Origin: Acidobacteriota bacterium
GTDB lineage: Bacteria; Acidobacteriota; Vicinamibacteria; Vicinamibacterales; 2-12-FULL-66-21
Reading direction: 5' to 3'
Length of the DNA stretch: 30,597 nucleotides
NCBI GenBank assembly: GCA_031408165.1
Contig: JANOJK010000540.1
Coordinates: 1-30,597, forward strand
The notes beneath the pieces are model-generated. The model saw nothing but the letters and a program-made list of their open reading frames with translations, ran no database searches and was not told the DNA's origin. The position numbers and the translations under genes are program-made. Numbering within the stretch: position 1 is the first letter of the stretch; each line of letters starts with the position of its first letter. Shown one piece after another: positions 23,965-30,597 of this stretch.

Positions 23965-26415
23965 ATGCCTGCGCTCGGTTCTTTCATTCTCCTCGCCACC
24001 TTCGTGGTGGCGAGCTACGCGCTGGCCGCGTCGGTCGCGGGCGGACGGCGCCGCTCGCGCGCCCTCATCGAGAGCGGCATCAGCGCGTTCTACATGACGG
24101 CCGCGCTCATGGCGGTGGGGTCGGGCGTCATCATCCACGCGTTCGTCACCGACAACTACGCGATCAAGTACGTGCAGCGCTACTCGGACGCCGCGCAGCC
24201 GCTGGTCTACAAGATCACGTCGTACTGGGGCGGCCTCGACGGCTCGATCATGTTCTGGGTGCTCCTCCTGTCGGTGTTCGGCACGATTGCCGTGGCCACC
24301 AACCGTGAGCGCCACCGGGAGCTGATCCCCTGGGTCGTCGCCATCATCTCGGCGGTGGAGATGTTCTTCATCTTCATCATGGTGGTGCACAACAACCCGT
24401 TCGACACCTTCGTGGCGGCCGCGCCCGCCGACGGCAAGGGGCTCAATCCGCTCCTCCAGAACTTCTACATGGCCATCCATCCCCCGTCGCTGTACACGGG
24501 TTTCGTGGCCATGACGATTCCCTACGCGTTCGGCATGGCCGCGCTCATCACCGGGCACCTCGACGACGCGTGGCTGCGCGCGGTGCGGCGCTGGACGATG
24601 ATCGGCTGGCTCTTCCTGACCTTCGGCCTGACGCTCGGCATGCTCTGGGCGTACGAGGAGCTGGGCTGGGGCGGCTTCTGGGGATGGGACCCGGTCGAGA
24701 ACGCGGGCCTGCTGCCGTGGTTCACGGCGACGGCGTTCCTGCACTCCGTGCTCGTCCAGGAGCGCCGCGGCATGCTGCGCGTCTGGAACGTGACGCTCGT
24801 CATCACCACCTTCTTCCTGACGATCTTCGGCACCTTCATGACGCGGTCGGGCGTCGTGCAGTCGGTGCACGCGTTCGGCGAGGACCCCTGGCTCGCCAAG
24901 CTGTTCGCCGGCTTCATGGTGCTCATCGTCACCTTCAGCTTCGGCTGGGTCATCTACCGCCTGCCGCTGCTGAAGTCGCGGCACGAGCTCGATTCGTGGG
25001 TCTCACGGGAGGCCGCGTTCCTCGCCAACAACTGGATCCTGCTGTTCTCGGCGTTCTTCGTCCTGTTCGCGACGATGTTCCCGACGCTGAGCGAGGCCGT
25101 CCGCGGCCAGCGGCTCACCGTCGGCCCGCCGTTCTTCAACATGTGGATGCGCCCGATCGGCCTCGCGCTGCTGGTGCTCACGGGCATCGCGCCGCTGCTC
25201 GCGTGGCGCAAGTCCACGTTCACGAACCTCGTCCACAGTTTCACCTGGCCGGTCGCGGCCGGGATGGTGACCGGCGCGGCGGTCGTCGCGCTGGGGCTCC
25301 GCGTGTGGTCGTCGGGCATCTGTTTCGCGTTGTGCGCGTTTGTCGGCGCCACTCTCCTGCAGGAGTTCATCCGTGGCGCGCAGGTGCGCCGCGGCGCCTC
25401 CGGGTCGGACATCGTCACCGCGATGGTCGGCCTCGTGGCGCGACAGCAGCGGCGCTACGGCGGCTACATCGTGCACCTCGGGATCGTGCTGATGTTCCTG
25501 GGCTTCGCCGGGCAGGGATACAAGCTCGAAGAGAACATGAAGCTGAACCCCGGCCAGCAGGGCACGGTCGGGCAATTCACCGTGCGCCAGGACTCGATCA
25601 GCGTCACGAGCGACGATCAGAAGCAGATGATCACCGGGCACGTCACCGTGCTGCGCGGCGGCCGGGAGATCGCGCAGATGACGCCGGCGCGCTGGTTCTT
25701 CGCCAAGCACGAGGACCAGCCGACGACCGAGGTGGCTATCCGCCGCGCCGCCGGCGAGGATCTCTACATCGTGCTCGCGGCCTACGACGTGGCGACGCAG
25801 AACGCCACCTACTCGGTCACGGTCAATCCGCTCGTGAACTGGATCTGGCTCGGCTTCGGCGTACTCGCGATCGGCACCGGCATCGCGCTCCTTCCCGAGC
25901 GTGCGTTCGCCCTGGCCGGCGCCAGGGTTCCGGAGGGGGCGGTGACCTCCACGCTGGTCCTGCTCGCGCTGCTGCTCCCCGGGATCGCGGGGGCACAGAC
26001 CGTCGTTCCGCGCAGCGAGCTCCGCCGCCAGCTCGAAGCGGAGATCATGTGCAAATGCGGCGGCTGCATGGCGCCGATGAACAACTGCCCGATGGGCCCC
26101 GGCTGTCACGGGTTGAAGGAGCAGAGCGCGAAGCTCGACGCGTACCTCGCCAAGGGCATGACGCGCGACGAGGTCAAGGCGGCGTTCGTGGCGGATCACG
26201 GCGGACAGGACATCCTGGCCGCGCCGATCGATGAAGGCTTCAACCGCCTCGCATGGGCGCTGCCGTATGTCGCCGGGGCGACCGGCTTCGCGCTCGTGGG
26301 CCTGGCGGCGCGGCGCTGGGCGCGCCGCCAGGAAGACACGCCCGCCGCCCCGGCAGTTCCCGAGGAGGACGCGCTTCGCGCGCGGCTGGACGATGAGCTC
26401 AGAGACCTCGACTAA
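23965..26415 (+). CDS. ccmF: Cytochrome c heme lyase CcmF with a fused C-terminal CcmH-like domain
   Basis: IHPP, WGGFWGWDPVEN (WWD), TAFLHS, TRSGVVQSVHAF, HLGIVL and NPLVNWIWLG. From about residue 675 there is a CcmH-like domain (EIMCKCGGC...LAKGMTRDEVKAAFVADHGGQDILAAP) plus a TM helix. Confidence 0.95.
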   Translation: MPALGSFILLATFVVASYALAASVAGGRRRSRALIESGISAFYMTAALMAVGSGVIIHAFVTDNYAIKYVQRYSDAAQPLVYKITSYWGGLDGSIMFWVLLLSVFGTIAVATNRERHRELIPWVVAIISAVEMFFIFIMVVHNNPFDTFVAAAPADGKGLNPLLQNFYMAIHPPSLYTGFVAMTIPYAFGMAALITGHLDDAWLRAVRRWTMIGWLFLTFGLTLGMLWAYEELGWGGFWGWDPVENAGLLPWFTATAFLHSVLVQERRGMLRVWNVTLVITTFFLTIFGTFMTRSGVVQSVHAFGEDPWLAKLFAGFMVLIVTFSFGWVIYRLPLLKSRHELDSWVSREAAFLANNWILLFSAFFVLFATMFPTLSEAVRGQRLTVGPPFFNMWMRPIGLALLVLTGIAPLLAWRKSTFTNLVHSFTWPVAAGMVTGAAVVALGLRVWSSGICFALCAFVGATLLQEFIRGAQVRRGASGSDIVTAMVGLVARQQRRYGGYIVHLGIVLMFLGFAGQGYKLEENMKLNPGQQGTVGQFTVRQDSISVTSDDQKQMITGHVTVLRGGREIAQMTPARWFFAKHEDQPTTEVAIRRAAGEDLYIVLAAYDVATQNATYSVTVNPLVNWIWLGFGVLAIGTGIALLPERAFALAGARVPEGAVTSTLVLLALLLPGIAGAQTVVPRSELRRQLEAEIMCKCGGCMAPMNNCPMGPGCHGLKEQSAKLDAYLAKGMTRDEVKAAFVADHGGQDILAAPIDEGFNRLAWALPYVAGATGFALVGLAARRWARRQEDTPAAPAVPEEDALRARLDDELRDLD

Positions 26416-27004
26416 CGACGGCTTCCACGTCAATCATTTCTTCGTCCTCATGTCCCTGCTCGCCGCGACCGTCGCGGTCGTCATGGCACGCCAGAGCGCG
26501 CCGGAACACCTGATCCTGATCAGCCTCACGATCGGCGCCGCGGGCCTCGCGGGGCTCTGCTTCTACCGCACGCTCGCGCCGCTCGTGGCGCCGCACGCCG
26601 ACGTCGAGCGCCAGGCGCTCAGCGCCCGCGCGCGCGTCGATCTCGAACGCGAGAAGGCGCTGACGCTGCGGTCCATCAAGGAACTGGAGTTCGATCGCGC
26701 GATGGGGAAGGTTTCCCCCTCCGACTTCGAGGAGATGGCCGGCCGCCTCCGCGCCCGCGCGGTCGGGATCATGAAACAGCTCGACGCGGGGGTGTCCGCG
26801 TACCGCGCGCTGATCGAGAAGGAGCTGGCGGCGCGCGTGGGCAGCACACAGGTTGGACAGACGCCCGACCTGGGGGGCGGACCCACGGGGGACCGGCTCA
26901 CGGGAACGCCCACACGTGCACCGGGTGTGTGCGCCTGCGGGGTTTCGAACGACGCCGATGCCCGCTTCTGCAAGTCTTGCGGCGCGAAGCTGAGGGCGGC
27001 GTGA
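26393..27004 (+). CDS. Membrane protein with a CcmI-N-like helix and C-terminal zinc ribbon (203 aa)
   Basis: Start ATG 26393. Two TM helices, EREKALTLRSIKELEFDRAMGKVSPSDFEEM, and C-terminal CACG...ARFCKSCG. Confidence 0.75.
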   Translation: MSSETSTNDGFHVNHFFVLMSLLAATVAVVMARQSAPEHLILISLTIGAAGLAGLCFYRTLAPLVAPHADVERQALSARARVDLEREKALTLRSIKELEFDRAMGKVSPSDFEEMAGRLRARAVGIMKQLDAGVSAYRALIEKELAARVGSTQVGQTPDLGGGPTGDRLTGTPTRAPGVCACGVSNDADARFCKSCGAKLRAA

Positions 27005-28224
27005 ACCTGAAACGGGCTGCCGGCTTCGTGATTTGTCTGGCCGTTGTGGGCTTGACGCTGCGGTCCGCCGCGGCGCAGGCACCCTCTGCCGGCCAGGGCG
27101 CCCAGATGCCCGATCCCAAGGCCATGTCCGGCATGCCGCTGCCGGTGCCGGACATTCCGGTTGGCACCGTGACGGCCCGCGTCGTCCGCGGCGCGCTGAC
27201 CAATCCCCTCGCCGGCCAGAGCGTCGAGCTGACGGTCGCCGGCGGCGCGCCGAAAACCGCGACAACCGACGATGCCGGCCGCGCCAGCTTCATCGGTCTC
27301 GCGCCCGGGACCCGCGGCAAGGTGGTGGTGGTGGTCGACGGCGAGCGGGTCGAGTCCCAGGACTTCGACGTGCCGGCGGCCGGCGGGATCCGCGTCATGC
27401 TCGTCGCGACCGACGCCGCCATCGAACAGAAGTCCGCGGCCGATCGCAAGCTGGCCGCCGGGCCGGCGGTCACGGGCGCGGTCGTGTTCGGCGACCAGAG
27501 CCGCATCGTGATCGAGGTGGGGGACGACGCGCTGAACGTCTTCTACATCCTGCAAATCGTGAACACGGCGAAGCGTCCCGTGACGACGAGCGCCCCGCTC
27601 GTGTTCGACCTGCCGGCCGGAGCCGCCGGCGCGGGAGTGCTCGAAGGCTCCGCCCCGAACGCCGTCGCCGCCGGCAGCCGCGTCACCCTCACCGGCCCAT
27701 TCGCTCCGGGGAATACGCTCGTGCAGTTCGCCTACTCGGTGCCCCTCGGGAGCAGTGAGATCGTTCTGGCGCAGCGGCTGCCCGCGCCGATCACGCAGCT
27801 GTCGGTGATGGCGCAGAAGGTCGGCGGCATGCAGTTGTTGTCCCCGCAGTTCACAGAACGGCGGGAGTCGGTGGCCGACGGCCAGCATTACATCCTCGGG
27901 CAGGGCGGCGCGGTGAAGGCGGGCGATCTGGTGACGCTGACGCTCACGGGGCTGCCGCACCGGACCGTCTGGCCGCGATATGTCGCGCTGCTCCTGTCGG
28001 GCATCATCCTGGCGGCAGGCGCCTGGGGGGCGACGCGCGGGAGCGCCACGCCCCACCAGAACGCGCGGCGCGGGCAGCTCAACGCGCGCCGCGACAAGCT
28101 CTTCGCGGAGCTGGCGGGCCTCGAGGCCCAGCGGCGGAAGGGGACGGTTGACGCGCCGGCGTATGCCTCCAGGCGCGCCGATCTCGTGACCTCCCTCGAG
28201 GACCTGTACGCCGAGCTCGAATAA
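27001..28224 (+). CDS. Membrane-anchored periplasmic beta-sandwich protein with a CcmI-N-like cytoplasmic tail (407 aa)
   Basis: GTG 27001 overlaps the upstream TGA. Signal peptide, carboxypeptidase-regulatory-like repeat (PLAGQSVEL..TDDAGRASF.GLAPG), TM helix near the C-terminus, then RRDKLFAELAGLEAQRRKGTVDAPAYASRR. Confidence 0.75.
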   Translation: MNLKRAAGFVICLAVVGLTLRSAAAQAPSAGQGAQMPDPKAMSGMPLPVPDIPVGTVTARVVRGALTNPLAGQSVELTVAGGAPKTATTDDAGRASFIGLAPGTRGKVVVVVDGERVESQDFDVPAAGGIRVMLVATDAAIEQKSAADRKLAAGPAVTGAVVFGDQSRIVIEVGDDALNVFYILQIVNTAKRPVTTSAPLVFDLPAGAAGAGVLEGSAPNAVAAGSRVTLTGPFAPGNTLVQFAYSVPLGSSEIVLAQRLPAPITQLSVMAQKVGGMQLLSPQFTERRESVADGQHYILGQGGAVKAGDLVTLTLTGLPHRTVWPRYVALLLSGIILAAGAWGATRGSATPHQNARRGQLNARRDKLFAELAGLEAQRRKGTVDAPAYASRRADLVTSLEDLYAELE

Positions 28225-28228
28225 TCCC

Positions 28229-28879
28229 GTGCCCGTCGATTTCACGGCGGTGCGCATCGTCGAGGTCAGCCGGACGTTCGGCCGCCGCCGCGCGCTGAAC
28301 CGGGTGTCGCTGACGCTCGAGGCGGGGACGATCACCGCGCTCCTCGGGCACAACGGCGCCGGCAAGTCGACCCTGCTCTCGATCGCCGCGACGCTCCTGC
28401 GGCCGACCAGCGGTCGCGTGGAGTACGGAGACCGCGATGCCGCCGCCGGAGGGGCCGCCCTGCGCGCGCGCATCGGCCTGCTGGGCCACGATCTCTATCT
28501 CTACGCGGAGCTGACGGCCGCCGAGAACCTCCGCTTCTTCGCGAACGTGTACTCGCTGGACACCGTCGAGACGCGCGTCGACGCGTCACTGGATCGGGCC
28601 GGCCTGTCCGAGCGGCGCGACGACATCGTGGCCGGCTTCTCGCGGGGGATGCGCCAGCGCCTGGCGCTCGAGCGGGCGCTGATCCACGAGCCGCGTCTCC
28701 TGCTGCTCGACGAGCCGTTCACCGGCCTCGACGAAGCCGCGAGGGAGGCGCTCCGCGTCAGGCTGCGCGCGGCCCGTCAGGCGGGGGCCATCGTGCTGCT
28801 GACGACGCACGACACGGCGGCGATCGAGGGGCTGACCGATGCCGCAGTATCGCTCGTGGACGGGCGGCTGGCGGCGTGA
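28229..28879 (+). CDS. ccmA: Heme ABC exporter ATP-binding subunit CcmA
   Basis: Walker A GHNGAGKST, signature FSRGMRQR, Walker B LLLLDEP, H-loop TTH. Immediately upstream of ccmB. Confidence 0.92.
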   Translation: MPVDFTAVRIVEVSRTFGRRRALNRVSLTLEAGTITALLGHNGAGKSTLLSIAATLLRPTSGRVEYGDRDAAAGGAALRARIGLLGHDLYLYAELTAAENLRFFANVYSLDTVETRVDASLDRAGLSERRDDIVAGFSRGMRQRLALERALIHEPRLLLLDEPFTGLDEAAREALRVRLRAARQAGAIVLLTTHDTAAIEGLTDAAVSLVDGRLAA

Positions 28880-29559
28880 GGGGCTTTCTGAAGGCGATCT
28901 GGGTCGTGACGCGGAAGGACCTGCTGATCGAGACGCGCACCCGCGAGATCCTGCTGACCACGGTGTTCTTCGCGCTGGCCTGCGTGCTGGTGTTCGCGTT
29001 CGGATTCGTGCGGGAGGGGCGTCCGGTGCAGGACGCGGCGGCCGGCATCCTGTGGATCGCGATTGCCTTTTCCGGCACGCTGGCGCTCGGGCGCGCCTTC
29101 GAGCGCGAGCGGCAGGGAGAAACCCTGCGCGCGCTTCTCATCTCGCCGATCGACCGGTCGGCGCTCTATCTCGGGAAGCTGTGCGGGATCCTGGTCTTGC
29201 TGGCGGCCGTCGAGGTGCTGATCGTGCCGCTCGTCGCGCTGATGTTCCAGGCCCCGCTGTTCGACCACGCGCTGCTGATGCTCGGGTTGCTCGCGGCGGG
29301 CACGCTCGGCTTCACGGCCGTCGGCACGCTGTTCGCGGCGATGCTCGTCCGCGCGCGCAGCCGGGACGTGATGCTCCCGGTGCTCTTGTATCCGATCACC
29401 GTCCCGGTCATCATTGCCGGCGTCCGCGGGACCGCCGCGCTGCTGCAGCCGGAGGCCGACCTCCCGATGGCCCGGGCATGGCTCTCGATGCTCGTGTTCT
29501 TCGACGTGGTATTCGTGACGCTCGCGCTCTGGACCTTCGAGCCCGTGATGACGGAATAG
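28876..29559 (+). CDS. ccmB: Heme exporter membrane subunit CcmB
   Basis: RKDLLIETR, AAGILW, FERERQGETLRALL, LYLGK and MLPVLLYPITVPV. Six TM helices. Confidence 0.94.
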   Translation: MRGFLKAIWVVTRKDLLIETRTREILLTTVFFALACVLVFAFGFVREGRPVQDAAAGILWIAIAFSGTLALGRAFERERQGETLRALLISPIDRSALYLGKLCGILVLLAAVEVLIVPLVALMFQAPLFDHALLMLGLLAAGTLGFTAVGTLFAAMLVRARSRDVMLPVLLYPITVPVIIAGVRGTAALLQPEADLPMARAWLSMLVFFDVVFVTLALWTFEPVMTE

Positions 29560-29561
29560 AC

Positions 29562-30218
29562 ATGAAGAAACTCTTCGCTCCGCTGTCGATCGTTGCCGCG
29601 GCGATGTTCGTCTACGCGCCGTTCCTGATCCTGAACGCGCCGTACGAGGCGACGATGGGACTCGTCCAGAAGATCTTCTACTTCCACGCCGCGTGCGGCA
29701 TGGCGATGTTCCTGGCGGCGTTCGTCAGCGGCATCGGGAGCGGCATCTTCCTGTTCGCGCGCAAGCCGTGGGCGGACCGGCTGGCCGTCGCGGGCGCCGA
29801 GCTGACGATCATGATCGGCTTGATCGTCCTCGTCACCGGGCCGCTCTGGGCGCGCAAGGCGTGGGGCGTGTGGTGGCAGTGGGACGCGCGGCTCACCTCC
29901 ACCCTCGTCATGTGGCTCATCTTCAACGCCTACCTGCTGCTGCGCCGGTACGGCGGGCCGGGCTCCGATCGGCTGGCCGCGGCCGTCGCCCTCTTCGGCA
30001 TGGCGAACGTGCCGTTCGTGTACTGGTCGGTGAACGTGTGGCGGACCCTGCACCCGAAGACGTCGGTCATCCCGTCGCTCGTGCCGGGCATGAGAGGGCC
30101 GTTCTGGTTCTGTGTGGTGGCGTTCCTGCTCGTGTCCGCACTGATCCTGGTGGTCAGGGTCGAGCTCGAAAAGCGGCGGCAGGAGCTCGACGAGTTGTAC
30201 CTGGCGGCGGAAGAATAA
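29562..30218 (+). CDS. ccmC: Heme chaperone-loading protein CcmC (218 aa)
   Basis: Start corrected to ATG 29562. KIFYFH, the WWD motif WARKAWGVWWQWDARLTS, and RTLHP. Confidence 0.95.
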   Translation: MKKLFAPLSIVAAAMFVYAPFLILNAPYEATMGLVQKIFYFHAACGMAMFLAAFVSGIGSGIFLFARKPWADRLAVAGAELTIMIGLIVLVTGPLWARKAWGVWWQWDARLTSTLVMWLIFNAYLLLRRYGGPGSDRLAAAVALFGMANVPFVYWSVNVWRTLHPKTSVIPSLVPGMRGPFWFCVVAFLLVSALILVVRVELEKRRQELDELYLAAEE

Positions 30219-30235
30219 TCAGGCCGGAGAGAACC

Positions 30236-30526
30236 ATGAAACGCATCGCGAAAGTGCTACTGATCCTCGTGCTGCTCGGCGCGCCGCTGTACGCGCAGGT
30301 GCCGGTGCCGAAGGCGCCGCAAGGCGCGGCGCAGGACGGGTTCGTCCCGGTGGACTCGCCGATCGACGCGGACGACACCATGCCGGCGCCGCGTCTGGTG
30401 GCGATTGCCTACGGCTTCATCTGGGTCGTGCTGTTCGGCTACCTGTGGTCCGTCCGCAGCCGCCTGGCCAAAGTCGAGCACGAGATGGGGGTCGTCAGCC
30501 GCCGGCTGTCGTCCGGGGGGAAGTAG
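30236..30526 (+). CDS. ccmD: CcmD-like protein with an N-terminal signal peptide extension (96 aa)
   Basis: Start ATG 30236 (GGAGAG upstream). The C-terminal half LVAIAYGFIWVVLFGYLWSVRSRLAKVEHEM fits CcmD (TM helix then charged helix). Located after ccmC. Confidence 0.72.
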   Translation: MKRIAKVLLILVLLGAPLYAQVPVPKAPQGAAQDGFVPVDSPIDADDTMPAPRLVAIAYGFIWVVLFGYLWSVRSRLAKVEHEMGVVSRRLSSGGK

Positions 30527-30529
30527 CCC

Positions 30530-30597
30530 ATGGATTTCGCCACCATGTCGTCGGTGCACTTCATCCTGATCCCCGCAGTACTGCTGATCGGGATGGT
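30530..30597 (+). CDS. Small membrane protein, 5' fragment only
   Basis: ATG 3 nt after the ccmD stop. MDFATMSSVHFILIPAVLLIGM... is hydrophobic and open to the window edge. Confidence 0.55.
   Translation, partial: MDFATMSSVHFILIPAVLLIGM

Overview
GC-rich bacterial window. The gene styles suggest Acidobacteriota, possibly Vicinamibacterales; this is inference only. The left end holds housekeeping thrB (partial) and thrA plus a Tat-exported Gfo/Idh/MocA oxidoreductase. The remaining ~26 kb is an anaerobic electron-transfer island with five parts. (1) An MtrA/DmsE decaheme cytochrome and MtrB/PioB porin pair, with no MtrC. (2) A divergent, complete hypFCDEAB [NiFe]-hydrogenase maturation operon with a Ni/Co transporter. 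(3) A divergent pair of an extended SDR and an atypical radical SAM gene. (4) An operon with two small ORFs (one resembling a stand-alone glutamyl-tRNA reductase dimerisation domain), a monoheme cytochrome c, a split CbcL-like pair (11-heme cytochrome c plus cytochrome b) and an ImcH-like NapC/NirT cytochrome. (5) A variant cytochrome c maturation operon (Cys-type CcmE, CcmF-CcmH fusion, two CcmI-like accessory proteins, CcmABCD). I count 28 heme c binding motifs in four genes. Four well-formed sigma54 (-24/-12) promoters face mtrA, hypF, the radical SAM operon and a BON gene. Each has a copy of the same palindrome, CGG-RAAY-CCG, upstream, which suggests one regulon under an unidentified enhancer-binding protein. 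All assignments rest on motif reading and recalled family patterns; no searches were run. Several starts in the ORF track were corrected.
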